This document shows, one piece after another, positions 39,588 to 49,112 of a DNA stretch of 64,000 bases (positions are counted from its first letter, which is position 1; the number at the start of each line of letters is the position of its first letter). Source of the stretch: an uncultured Gammaproteobacteria bacterium (GTDB taxonomy: Bacteria > Patescibacteriota > Microgenomatia > UBA8517); the NCBI GenBank assembly GCA_964599625.1, contig CAZRGC010000001.1:244959-308958 (forward strand). The letters run 5' to 3'. The notes under the pieces are model-generated. The model was not told where the DNA came from. It made no database searches and saw only the letters and a program-made list of their open reading frames with translations. The position numbers were made by a program, and so were the translations under genes.

Positions 39588-40735
39588 AATCTAGCTTCCA
39601 GTTTGGTTAACGTTTCACTTTTTATACTTAAATAATCAAGTGCCTCGCTGTAGTCGATCCTATTAATTCTGTAGGCATCAAGTATGTTTTCGACAAAGGA
39701 CCTACTATTATTTTTCAAATATTTAATGTAAAAATTTCCACCCTTTGCTTTCGGTTTTTCTCTATAGTTATTTTTAAACTTATGATTATGTAGTTCAAAA
39801 ATGTCCTTATTTATTTTCTTATTAATGAGAAGTCTTCTAAGAACAACTTCTCTACTTACATTAAATACTTTCCCTAATACTTCTAAGTCCGTATCAAAGT
39901 TGCTGAAGTCTAAATCTAACGTCAGAAGTTTTTGATTCAAAATATTAGTTGGGACTAAAACAGAACCAGCTATATAATTGCAAGCAACTTCAACCCTGTC
40001 GTTAGATTGAAAATTGAGAACATTATTTTCGTCAGAAATTGCGTCCTTGCCGAAAATAAAATGTGCAAGTTCATGAATTAGCGTGAAGATTCTGGGATTC
40101 GGGTAGTCATTGGTGTTGAGGACAATAACAGGTGCGGCATCATCATAAATTGCGAAACCTTTAGCTTCAACTGTGGGGAATCCTAACTCAAGAATGTAAA
40201 TACCTTTAGCTTCAACTATCTTTTTCCAATAATTAAGTTGATCGAATGCACCTTTATTTCTCGTTACATCATCAAAATTTACCTCTAATAATTTAAGGAT
40301 CTTTTTACCGATTTCCTCATAACTGTTAACGTTGCTTAACTTTCGTAACTCATTAACAAATTTATTATCACCATCACCAAAGACGTCCTTAGCAATATTT
40401 TGAATTCTCACAGCCTTTCGTATCGCAAGTATGGTATCAGGGGTAAATTCACCACTGTGAAGATCAATTAACTTCCTAAATTTGGCAGGTATTTTTTCAG
40501 ATGGTTCTTTATCGAGTAAAAAAACTACAGAAGGTCGTTTATACACTTTTGCCAAAAGCCTTAGATTGGCTATCGGTACTTCTTCTTCACCATTTTCCCA
40601 AGCAAGTAATTTGTTGCTGTCGATTTTTAACTTTGTGGCCGCTTGTTGTTCAGTTAGGCCCAAGGTCTTCCTAGCCCATTTTAGTAGAACGGGATTGATT
40701 AACATCTCGCTAGTTGCACCCATTTTGTCCACCAT
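39584..40735 (-). CDS. XRE HTH + ImmA/IrrE family metallopeptidase
   Basis: LKWARK...WENG HTH; RIFTLIHELAH, EVACNYIAG. Confidence 0.92.
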   Translation of the reverse strand: MVDKMGATSEMLINPVLLKWARKTLGLTEQQAATKLKIDSNKLLAWENGEEEVPIANLRLLAKVYKRPSVVFLLDKEPSEKIPAKFRKLIDLHSGEFTPDTILAIRKAVRIQNIAKDVFGDGDNKFVNELRKLSNVNSYEEIGKKILKLLEVNFDDVTRNKGAFDQLNYWKKIVEAKGIYILELGFPTVEAKGFAIYDDAAPVIVLNTNDYPNPRIFTLIHELAHFIFGKDAISDENNVLNFQSNDRVEVACNYIAGSVLVPTNILNQKLLTLDLDFSNFDTDLEVLGKVFNVSREVVLRRLLINKKINKDIFELHNHKFKNNYREKPKAKGGNFYIKYLKNNSRSFVENILDAYRINRIDYSEALDYLSIKSETLTKLEARL

Positions 40736-40773
40736 ACTTCTATAATACTAGTTATTAAAATTCATGTCCAAAC

Positions 40774-40798
40774 AAAAACGGGTTCGATTCCCATCACC
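40774..40798 (+). repeat. tRNA T-arm fragment, inverted relative to tRNA-Gly (possible integration relic)
   Basis: AAAAACGGGTTCGATTCCCATCACC versus tRNA-Gly AAAAACGGGTTCGACTCCCGTATCC. Confidence 0.55.
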
Positions 40799-40896
40799 AG
40801 TATCACTAATCTCCAGGCCAATGCCCAAAAACAAAAAAACCTGGCTCGACCAGGTTTTTAAGGCTAAATATGAAGCTTTTTTGTTTTATTACCGTA

Positions 40897-40970
40897 TGGA
40901 GCGGGATACGGGAGTCGAACCCGTTTTTATACCTTGGGAAGGTATCGTTAGACCGTTTAACTAATCCCGC
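40897..40970 (-). tRNA. tRNA-Gly(CCC)
   Basis: GCGGGAT/ATCCCGC acceptor stem, ATACC-TTCCCAA-GGTAT anticodon arm, encoded CCA. Confidence 0.93.
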
Positions 40971-41037
40971 AATATATGGCTATTATAACATTCACGCAAG
41001 CACAGCCAACAAAGATTTATTGTTGTAATATTTACAT

Positions 41038-44000
41038 ATGGATGTTTTGGAAAAACCCTTGTTTATGAAGCGCGAAAGGGTGGTGATAGACTCCAAAGTC
41101 GAAGTTAAGTATCCCGAAAAAACCTGGTCTGTGGAGCAGTCGTATAGGGATATATATCAAAATCATTTAGACGCACAAGTGAAACGAAGTGTGGACGGAC
41201 TGTTGGCCGATGTTTCTGGTGCGGTTGACGGTGACACGGAAGCTGTGCTGCAAAACGACAGTCTAAGAAAAGTTGCCTACGAATATCTTGCCACAAAAGG
41301 CCACACACCAAGAGAGATGCGTGAGCAAATGGTTGATTTTCTTACCCAAAACATCACGGGTAAAACCAAGAGGGAACAATCTGAACTTGCAGAAATAGTT
41401 GAAAACCACAACATTCTTCTTCCTAAAGTCGAAGTCCTGGCAAGGGATGACCATGGAAACGAAAGCTGGATTGATAAAGATACTTTGGAATTGGACCCGC
41501 TTAGGGATTTGCGGATTATCGGGTTTAGGATAAGCGATGACGGCGAAGGATACGACGCAAACCTTAAAACAATTTTTTACTCATCCGGCAAGGATTCCCT
41601 TGACCAGGTGGGTAAATTCGGTGAAGGCGGAAAAATGAGCGAAATTCTTTTGCAGCAAAAAGGTTTCACAATAGAATCACGGTCTGCATATTCATATGAT
41701 GACAAAGAAGGGCATCATGACATGCTTTGGAAAGGGCGCCCCAGAGTGTCCAAAGAAGGCTCAATGGAACTTCATGTCACCCAGGTGGAACTATCGGCCC
41801 CGATTCCCAAAGGATCAGTTACGGAGGTTGTCTTTCGCGGTCCAGACATCGAAGATCAAGACGTAAAACAAATCACGGAATGTGTTAAATCTTTGGGGCA
41901 ACCTCAAATAATTTATGACAAACATAGGCGCGCGGGAGATTGGTTTTATTATTCCTCGTATGACCCTGCTAAGCCACTTGTTGGTGTGAGCAGGGATTAT
42001 GATGCCCTAATGGTTCAGGGAATTAGAGTAGTGCCCGTAAACACCGAAAGCAATTTACTTTTTGGTTATAGCACCTTTGACAAGAATGCTCTTAATGCAC
42101 GCGACAGGAATAAATACACCCCTGAATTTTTGGAATCGGTGAAAGACTTCTGGCTGCATGCGCCGCGGCACACTATTAAGTTGTATTTTGACGCAATGGA
42201 ACCAAAAAATGGTAAAAAGGTTTTTAATTCATTTGAGCAGGGAGTTTTTAAACACCTGCTGACAATGTACCCACCCGAGGATGGAGGAAGCCCTACACAT
42301 GCGGAACTTCAAAAATTCCGCAAGAGTGTTCTTGCAGAAGTTTTGGAAAGAACAAAAGGCAGTCATTTCAAAAGATTGTACTTTGCAACCGGAGATGAAA
42401 GACATGATTTTGGATTTTATCTGGATTCTAATGTTATTGTTGTAGATCCGCGCAGATGGGGTTTGGATTTTGAAGAAGATTTTTTGGCGGAGGAGCTGGG
42501 TAATCGGTTTGTATCCCGGGATGAACTCAGGAAAAATTTAAGAAGACACAAGGGGTGGGAAAATTCAGTTGAGTTGAGTGACGAAGAAAAGCTAAATGCA
42601 GAAGTCTGGTTTGACAATATAAAGGAGTTTGTCTTTTCGCAGATCGAAGGTAAAGATGATGAACTTTTTGGCGGCAGATTTGTTTTTGCCAAGTTTGTTA
42701 ACGGGGGAGACTTGGTTAGAGTTGAAAAAGAAGGCGGAGACGAACTGACAGATGACTACTACCATAACAACTCAGAAATGCTGGTAATAAATTGGGAATT
42801 GGCTAAAACTTTTCATGACCCGGAAGCATTGAAAAGATTGGTTGCAGTTTACATTATGGCCCAGGACGGATATCTGAATTCAAGCTTCCACTTTGGGGGA
42901 CCTCAGGAGACTGCCAACAAGTTTATTCAAAAAAGGTGGGAGGGTGTTGTTGATTACAAAAAAGCCGAAATAAATCATAGAGTAGACCCGGAAGAGTTTA
43001 TGCGGATGTTTGAGGCTTTGTGGTCCAGAGAAACTGATGAATCGGTTTTTGCGTTTAATACTTTCAGAAATCTGTCGGAGAGGGTTGTTGATACAGGTGA
43101 TATAGATGACGGACTTTTTCTCCTAAATGAACACAAGGATGTTGATCCAAGAATTATTGCAGTACTCACACAAAATGTATTTAGAACAAAAGATGGTTTT
43201 GCCCGGTATGTGGCGGAAGAAGGCTCGTACAAAGTCGAGCTTTTTGGGTTTGATGATATGCAGCTAATATCGGAAAAAGGCGGAAACAAAACTTACTACT
43301 ACAAAGATCATGTATTTATGGAACTTCCCGAATTTGATTATGTTAAGTATAAAAAAGATATTGTCTACAGACACGACAAAACACTTTACAGGTCGTCACC
43401 CGAAAATGTAATTGAATGGGAGGTTGAATCCAAAAAATATCTTAAATTTGGCGAAGGTTTTTGCTACGCAAGAGTTGGGCATATTAGTTTTGCACAGGAG
43501 CAAATTGACGATATTGTCGGAAATTTGAAAGTTGTTGACAGAAATAGCCAAACTTTAAAACAAACGGAACTTCTGGACGGGCATATTGACACTTCGGTTC
43601 CCCTTAAATACGGCAAAGGCAATTGGGATAAACCTGTAAGATTTTTTGAGGATGTTGTTCAAAATCATTTGAACGCGGGTAAGGTTGAAATCAGATTTCT
43701 ATTAGAGAGAAATGGCGAAAATGTTTGGGTTGAGGCGGCAGAGCTTTCTGATAGAGACTTGATTTTGGGCATAAAGTTTGAGGATGATGGACGGGGTTAT
43801 GCACCGGAAAGCCTGGAGAGGATGGGCAGGTCCGAAAAAGACAGTCCCTTGGACGAAGGTAAATATGGTGAGGGAACCAAAATGTTAATGGCTGCGGCAT
43901 GCAGAAATCAGATTGGTCTGGTTTTTGACTCTTATTGCGTCCGAAACGGAGAAAAAATAAGTTGGCAGGCAACAGCCGAAACGGGCACACGGCAGATTGT

Positions 44001-45150
44001 CGAAAAAGGCGGGGTGACAGATGTAAATATGGCAGGATTTGATTTGCAGTCAACTGGTGCAAACAAAAATACTTCTGCGACAACAATATATTTTAAAGAC
44101 TTAGAGTCCGATTTTTATAAAAAATGCATGGAAGTTGTGGATCCCAGGGCTGAAAACGGCGGGCTATCTAGATATGTAAGGACACTTGCCGGTGGAGTTG
44201 GAGTTTTGCATTCGGTAGGGCCTGTAAAAGTTTTGGCAGACGAAAAAGGCGATGTCTACGAAAACGGAATACTAATGAGTACAGAGTCAACTGCTTTGGG
44301 CAGTTTGGATGTTCCGGACATTTCGGCAAACAGGGAACGCGACACAATAAAACCGGAAAGATTGAAACAATATGTTGATTTTCTGATGTCACACACCGGT
44401 GATCCTGTTTTGGTTGAAAAGGTTCTAGAAAGGATTGTGAAAGGTGGTATTTATGATTACCAGGACATAAGTGATATTTTTAACAACATAGAAGGCACCC
44501 CGCTGAATATCGGTGTTTGGAAAGAAGTTGCGCACGAAAAGTTTGGTAATGTGATTATTTTCAATGGAATAATTGTTCCGGAGTCTAAAAGATATTTAGA
44601 GTACCACGGATACGACACAATAATTTACGCATCTGGCTCAAAGGGAAAGGAAAGGTTGGCAAAGGCATGTTTTCCGAGTGTCAAAGAGCTGATAAAAAGG
44701 AGTAAACTTGAACCTGTCATAATACCCGAACCAACAAGACAAAAAGTTGAGGCTGTTGTTGACACGCTTGCAGATAAAGTTTTGGAAATAATTGACCAAG
44801 GGGGATTGGCGGAGGCAACAAACAGACAGTTTGTGGCACTTCTTAGAGATAAAAATAGGCTGCATGAAACTATTGAATACTCCAAATTGGACCCGTTCAT
44901 TTTGGGTGAAGCCAAAGGCGAAATGAAGACTGTGATAAGCGAATACCTGCTTCACAATACACACGACTTAAACATGGTTCTTTTGCATGAGTGGGCACAT
45001 CATTTGAGCGGGGGAAGCGATCTGGAGCCAAAGTTTGTTGCAACACTTCTGGCGATAGGTTTGGGTATTAAACCAGTACCCGTAAATACGGCAAACCCGT
45101 CACCTGCAAAGAATTACAGACGTAGTAGAAGAAGGAAATCTAACAACTGA
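41038..45150 (+). CDS. Large protein with two GHKL ATPase domains and a C-terminal HEXXH motif
   Basis: QNHLDA/DDGEG/GKFGEGGK, again as QNHLNA/DDGRG/GKYGEGTK; LHEWAHH. Confidence 0.8.
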   Translation: MDVLEKPLFMKRERVVIDSKVEVKYPEKTWSVEQSYRDIYQNHLDAQVKRSVDGLLADVSGAVDGDTEAVLQNDSLRKVAYEYLATKGHTPREMREQMVDFLTQNITGKTKREQSELAEIVENHNILLPKVEVLARDDHGNESWIDKDTLELDPLRDLRIIGFRISDDGEGYDANLKTIFYSSGKDSLDQVGKFGEGGKMSEILLQQKGFTIESRSAYSYDDKEGHHDMLWKGRPRVSKEGSMELHVTQVELSAPIPKGSVTEVVFRGPDIEDQDVKQITECVKSLGQPQIIYDKHRRAGDWFYYSSYDPAKPLVGVSRDYDALMVQGIRVVPVNTESNLLFGYSTFDKNALNARDRNKYTPEFLESVKDFWLHAPRHTIKLYFDAMEPKNGKKVFNSFEQGVFKHLLTMYPPEDGGSPTHAELQKFRKSVLAEVLERTKGSHFKRLYFATGDERHDFGFYLDSNVIVVDPRRWGLDFEEDFLAEELGNRFVSRDELRKNLRRHKGWENSVELSDEEKLNAEVWFDNIKEFVFSQIEGKDDELFGGRFVFAKFVNGGDLVRVEKEGGDELTDDYYHNNSEMLVINWELAKTFHDPEALKRLVAVYIMAQDGYLNSSFHFGGPQETANKFIQKRWEGVVDYKKAEINHRVDPEEFMRMFEALWSRETDESVFAFNTFRNLSERVVDTGDIDDGLFLLNEHKDVDPRIIAVLTQNVFRTKDGFARYVAEEGSYKVELFGFDDMQLISEKGGNKTYYYKDHVFMELPEFDYVKYKKDIVYRHDKTLYRSSPENVIEWEVESKKYLKFGEGFCYARVGHISFAQEQIDDIVGNLKVVDRNSQTLKQTELLDGHIDTSVPLKYGKGNWDKPVRFFEDVVQNHLNAGKVEIRFLLERNGENVWVEAAELSDRDLILGIKFEDDGRGYAPESLERMGRSEKDSPLDEGKYGEGTKMLMAAACRNQIGLVFDSYCVRNGEKISWQATAETGTRQIVEKGGVTDVNMAGFDLQSTGANKNTSATTIYFKDLESDFYKKCMEVVDPRAENGGLSRYVRTLAGGVGVLHSVGPVKVLADEKGDVYENGILMSTESTALGSLDVPDISANRERDTIKPERLKQYVDFLMSHTGDPVLVEKVLERIVKGGIYDYQDISDIFNNIEGTPLNIGVWKEVAHEKFGNVIIFNGIIVPESKRYLEYHGYDTIIYASGSKGKERLAKACFPSVKELIKRSKLEPVIIPEPTRQKVEAVVDTLADKVLEIIDQGGLAEATNRQFVALLRDKNRLHETIEYSKLDPFILGEAKGEMKTVISEYLLHNTHDLNMVLLHEWAHHLSGGSDLEPKFVATLLAIGLGIKPVPVNTANPSPAKNYRRSRRRKSNN

Positions 45151-45672
45151 GTCCAGACTGTGAATTTTTAACCCCGCAGCATTGGCAATTTCTACAATCT
45201 CAGACTTGGATATTCCTTTTTGGAACATGCCACGGCTCTCGCTGGACCAAAAACCGTCTTTGTGTTTTTTCCAATAACCTGCCTCCGCCACTTTTTGCAC
45301 TTCAGATTTTGAACGTGTGAGTAGAACCATTACACCGGATTTACTAAGGTACTTAGACGATTTGGCAAGAACAGAAACACGATCATCTGCATCAGCTAAA
45401 ACGTTAAGAACAAACGCATTAACCACAATGTCAAACTTCCCGTAAGGTTTTTCCGAAAACCCGAATGGTGGGTAAGGATCGTACCCGACCGCGTCGAATC
45501 CAAGATTTTGATAATAAGGAATATCAATTCCCTTTCCGCAACCGTAATCCAGAATACGCCTGGCACTTATCAGTTTGGCAAAACCTGTCTCTGTGACAAA
45601 TCTTGCAACAACTGACGGACCCCGTCTACCTGGAACAGTCCGTTCCGGATGATATTCAAACTCACGAGTCAT
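45100..45672 (-). CDS. Class I SAM-dependent methyltransferase
   Basis: ILDYGCGKG, GYDPY, FDIVVNAFVLNV. Confidence 0.85.
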   Translation of the reverse strand: MTREFEYHPERTVPGRRGPSVVARFVTETGFAKLISARRILDYGCGKGIDIPYYQNLGFDAVGYDPYPPFGFSEKPYGKFDIVVNAFVLNVLADADDRVSVLAKSSKYLSKSGVMVLLTRSKSEVQKVAEAGYWKKHKDGFWSSESRGMFQKGISKSEIVEIANAAGLKIHSLDSVVRFPSSTTSVILCR

Positions 45673-46211
45673 TATCTTGGTAGTGTTAGTACGTTCCCAG
45701 GATGAATACTGTTGGGGTTAACCAACTTGTTTGCTTTTGCAATTTCCACCCATTTGTACCCGTCACCATATGATCTGACTGCAATTTTCCAAAGACTGTC
45801 ACCTTTTTCAACTGTGTATGTGTCTTTTGATATTGCTGTTTGTGTGCTGGTTTGCGAAATTGTGTTGGTTGCTGTTGGTTTTTTTGCAGCAGCTTCCGGG
45901 ATCATCAACTTTTGACCGACTTCAAGCTTTTGGCTTGTAAGTTTATTGGCAGAGTAAATATCAACCCAGTTGTAACCTGAGCCGTATGAATCTTCTGCAA
46001 TCGACCAAAGTGTTTCACCTTTTTTAACAACATATTCTCCAGAAACTTCGGTTTTGGTGTCGGTGTTGGTAACTATTTCTCCGTTTTTGTCTTTGAAATA
46101 ATTAACCACAAGGATTCCCGTTACGATAATTACCAATGCACCCAAAAACATACTAATTTCACTTTCGTTAAGTTTGAGAGTTTTGAGGAACTTTTGTAAA
46201 TTAAAATTCAG
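45672..46211 (-). CDS. Membrane-anchored double-LysM protein (probable CTG start; the in-track ATG is at 46151)
   Basis: Two YxVxKGxxLWxIA LysM repeats; frame open to CTG 46211, which lies 6 nt after GGCGGTGA. Confidence 0.9.
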   Translation of the reverse strand: MNFNLQKFLKTLKLNESEISMFLGALVIIVTGILVVNYFKDKNGEIVTNTDTKTEVSGEYVVKKGETLWSIAEDSYGSGYNWVDIYSANKLTSQKLEVGQKLMIPEAAAKKPTATNTISQTSTQTAISKDTYTVEKGDSLWKIAVRSYGDGYKWVEIAKANKLVNPNSIHPGNVLTLPR

Positions 46212-46362
46212 ATATATTCACCGCCTTCCGCCTTCGATTATGTTTGGAGCAGTGAACAGGGCAGTGTCGAATTAGTTGAATTTACTTGAGAGATCAAAAC
46301 CAGTCAAGGGGATTTTGACCAAAAAAAACTCCGGCAAGTTTTTATTCTTACCGGAGATTGTC

Positions 46363-46563
46363 CTACGACTCTTTGTAAAGAGAATACCCTTCGCGTTTTT
46401 CCACAAGTATGTCTGTTTCATTGGGCCCGGTTTGGCAGGCGTCAATAATGACATATGCTTTTGGGGTCATTGCAGCAATGTCCATTGCAACGCCAAAAGG
46501 CAGATTTATGCACTTCGTGCACTCAAACGATTCGCATTCGCAAAAAACATCGATCGTTTCCAT
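46363..46563 (-). CDS. Small Cys-rich protein, paralog A
   Basis: CECxxxxC...IIDxCxxGP...EGY. Confidence 0.75.
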   Translation of the reverse strand: METIDVFCECESFECTKCINLPFGVAMDIAAMTPKAYVIIDACQTGPNETDILVEKREGYSLYKES

Positions 46564-46574
46564 TTTGACCTTAA

Positions 46575-46778
46575 TTAATCGGGCCTGATGTAAACGGTGT
46601 AGCCGTCTTCTGAGGATGACAATTTGTCTTCTGTCTGCGGTCCGCGGGTGCAGTCGTCGACTATTACAATCGCGCCTGCAATTTCGGTGATGTTTTTGAG
46701 TGTGTCAACGGTGACACGGACTGAAAGCCCGCATTCAGGGTCGCCGCATTCGCAAACCAGATTCGTTGTTGAAACCAT
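46575..46778 (-). CDS. Small Cys-rich protein, paralog B
   Basis: AGGAGG SD; CECGDPEC...VDDCTRGP...DGY. Confidence 0.75.
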   Translation of the reverse strand: MVSTTNLVCECGDPECGLSVRVTVDTLKNITEIAGAIVIVDDCTRGPQTEDKLSSSEDGYTVYIRPD

Positions 46779-46786
46779 TGATCCTC

Positions 46787-46969
46787 CTAGAAAAAACTTG
46801 GTGGTTTGATTGAGAAGATCCCAATCCATTGGATAATAAGCCCGAGTGCAAAAACTCCCAACACAACATAGAAACCGATTTCGAATTGGTTGAGGTTTGT
46901 GAGCTTAAGTACCAGTGCCGCGACAACCGACAGAATCATTAGGCCTGTGCCTATGAAAATGTTTTTCAT
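46787..46969 (-). CDS. Small 2-TM protein
   Basis: Two hydrophobic segments; ATGA coupling to the upstream gene. Confidence 0.7.
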   Translation of the reverse strand: MKNIFIGTGLMILSVVAALVLKLTNLNQFEIGFYVVLGVFALGLIIQWIGIFSIKPPSFF

Positions 46970-47277
46970 GAACTTTCGCTCATGTTGTCGTTGTAAAGAC
47001 GGTAGGTGATTGTCCCTTCTAGAAACTCCTTGCTTGATGCCGGTTTGAACACTGCTTTCACCTGGCCGTTGTGGTTGCCGTTTTCATCCCACAACATTGT
47101 GTTGAATGTATGTGTGGAATCGGCGATTGTGTGTTCGGAGCATCCCCGCAAGATCACTTTGATCTGTTTTTCGCCATCTTTGGCGAGAAAATCAATGCTT
47201 TCGCCACGGACAAGAAGTTTTTCCAAAAGATCAACCCAGAGGTTGTCAAACTTGAGCTCAACTGTTCGGAAGCCCAT
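46966..47277 (-). CDS. Hypothetical protein
   Basis: AAGGAG SD; first gene of a 4-gene operon. Confidence 0.75.
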   Translation of the reverse strand: MGFRTVELKFDNLWVDLLEKLLVRGESIDFLAKDGEKQIKVILRGCSEHTIADSTHTFNTMLWDENGNHNGQVKAVFKPASSKEFLEGTITYRLYNDNMSESS

Positions 47278-47362
47278 TTTTACTCCTTATGCTTTGTGGA
47301 TAAATGTCGGAAAGTGCAAAACTGAAGGCTGAATACTAGCATTTCTGAACCTGAAGTGTCAA
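47278..47362 (-). promoter_or_regulatory. Accessory-type promoter/leader (no CCYATA box)
   Basis: TTGACA-18nt-TAGTAT, GCACTTTCCGACA, AAGGAG SD. Confidence 0.65.
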
Positions 47363-47369
47363 TTAATCT

Positions 47370-47942
47370 TCACAAAATAGTAAGCAGAAATTTTGAATCA
47401 TCGGTAAGTGACACCCCAACTTCTTGTATGCTGACACCTGATTTTTCTGCCTCTTTTTTTAGATAACGTTCGAAAGACTCATGCGGGTTACCAAGATACC
47501 TTTTTGCCAATTTCTCCGGATCGGCTGCGGCTAGTGCGATTTGTGATAGTTTTCCGTGTGGGGTGGAAATTATGGACATATCTTTTATATACATTCTTTT
47601 TGTGTCGGCTGGGGCGGATATTTGTATTTGGGTTGCAATATCCGCAGATATCGGAAAATCCATTTTCACGGACAGTTGCACAGCCAAAAAACCTTGTTCA
47701 ATTTTTGTATCCAAAGTCAAAAGCGACGCTCTTATGGGCGGATTTGAATCAATAGCTTCCTTGAATGTTTTTGAAAGAAGTGCTGATATTTCGGAAGCGT
47801 CCAACTCCACGCAAAATGAATTTCCTTGGGATAAGGTTTCTATTGCCTGTGTTACCAAATCTGGTTTGGGAATATTTATTTCTTTAAACATTTTTTCAAA
47901 AAAAACGCCTGGTGGTTTTTGTGCCTCCAGGCGCGGGAACAT
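47370..47942 (-). CDS. Hypothetical protein
   Basis: TAATG coupling to the upstream ORF. Confidence 0.65.
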   Translation of the reverse strand: MFPRLEAQKPPGVFFEKMFKEINIPKPDLVTQAIETLSQGNSFCVELDASEISALLSKTFKEAIDSNPPIRASLLTLDTKIEQGFLAVQLSVKMDFPISADIATQIQISAPADTKRMYIKDMSIISTPHGKLSQIALAAADPEKLAKRYLGNPHESFERYLKKEAEKSGVSIQEVGVSLTDDSKFLLTIL

Positions 47943-48181
47943 TATTTCTTTATGAGTTTTACGATTTCGTATATAAAAAGGCCGAACCCGACCATGCAAA
48001 CGAAACCGCCAATGGCAAATCCTGCCATAGCACCCAGGTGTCCAACAAACATCGTAGCGATGCTTTGGAAGTTGCCGTTAAAGGCGCTGAGAGCCCCAAA
48101 GCCCATGTTGAGAAGGGCAAAGAGAAAACTCCCAATTTCGATAACACAACCTGAAATAAAAACTATCAATGCGCGCTTCAT
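47942..48181 (-). CDS. Small 2-TM protein
   Basis: AAGGAG SD before ATG 48181. Confidence 0.7.
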   Translation of the reverse strand: MKRALIVFISGCVIEIGSFLFALLNMGFGALSAFNGNFQSIATMFVGHLGAMAGFAIGGFVCMVGFGLFIYEIVKLIKK

Positions 48182-48265
48182 AGATTCTCCTTGAATCCGT
48201 GATTCACAACAAAATTTGTGATATTGAATTTTACAATATAACAAGTTCGAAGTCAAGATTATAGG
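48182..48265 (-). promoter_or_regulatory. Accessory-type promoter
   Basis: CCTATAATC-TTGACT-17nt-TAAAAT, AAGGAG SD. Confidence 0.7.
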
Positions 48266-48325
48266 CCAATTTTTAGGCACAAAAAACCTGGAGGGGCTTT
48301 AATATCCTTTCTCCAGGTTGGATTC

Positions 48326-48682
48326 TTAGCAGGCAGGGTAGTAGTTTGTCGAGAAAATTCCCCGACGTTCGTAGACTTGGATTTCTTGACCGACCGCAAG
48401 TGTTTGAAAACAGGCCTGGCTTACGTCGGAGGTTACACGGTAGTTTTCGATGACGTAAGTTACGCTCCAATACGGCCGTGTAATTGGTATCAGTACTTTG
48501 CCTGCGGGCAAAAGCGTAGTTCTGGTACCGGAGTCTTTGCTTTCAACATGCGAAATGCCTGCGAATTCGGGTTTGGCAAGGGACTGATCGATGCTGTATG
48601 CAACAATATATCCCAGCAGGGCGATGGCCACCACCAAAAGCATCATGATAACGATTTCTGTTATGTCAAATCTCATTATCAT
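48326..48682 (-). CDS. Single-TM small beta-rich protein
   Basis: N-terminal TM; followed by a hairpin terminator at about 48285-48320. Confidence 0.7.
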   Translation of the reverse strand: MIMRFDITEIVIMMLLVVAIALLGYIVAYSIDQSLAKPEFAGISHVESKDSGTRTTLLPAGKVLIPITRPYWSVTYVIENYRVTSDVSQACFQTLAVGQEIQVYERRGIFSTNYYPAC

Positions 48683-48683
48683 C

Positions 48684-49100
48684 CTAGCCTTCGGGCTCTA
48701 CATTTGCCTCGGATTTCCAGTCTCCTTGCGGGCGCCATTGTGAAACATCCAAACCATTTTCCAATGCCGCATTTAAAGCCTCGAAATCTTCGTCGCTCAG
48801 CGAATGGATGTAGTTGTTCCACCAGTGATACCATTTCCAGTATTCTGCTGTTGGTGCATCGTTTTCGCCTGTTGGGTTTTGGACCCCAAACCTTGTGAGC
48901 ATCTTGACTGCCGATTTTTGCTGTTCTTTGGCCGCAAGTATGTCGGCGTAGACTCCTTCAGACTGGCTTTCGGGAATTCTTCCATGGGTGAGCTCGTGCC
49001 GCATCCCAAAGGTGAACGCTCCGATCTGGTCGATTATGAAATAAACCAGAACTTCTGAGCCCTCTTCAATGGCTTTTTCAAACCATTCTTGTTGGAACAT
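48684..49100 (-). CDS. Hypothetical protein
   Basis: GGAGG SD, operonic. Confidence 0.7.
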   Translation of the reverse strand: MFQQEWFEKAIEEGSEVLVYFIIDQIGAFTFGMRHELTHGRIPESQSEGVYADILAAKEQQKSAVKMLTRFGVQNPTGENDAPTAEYWKWYHWWNNYIHSLSDEDFEALNAALENGLDVSQWRPQGDWKSEANVEPEG

Positions 49101-49112
49101 TTGTCCTCCACA

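Noticed and set aside
40764-40964. 66-aa ORF on the + strand
   Set aside because: Overlaps tRNA-Gly antisense and has no recognisable motif.
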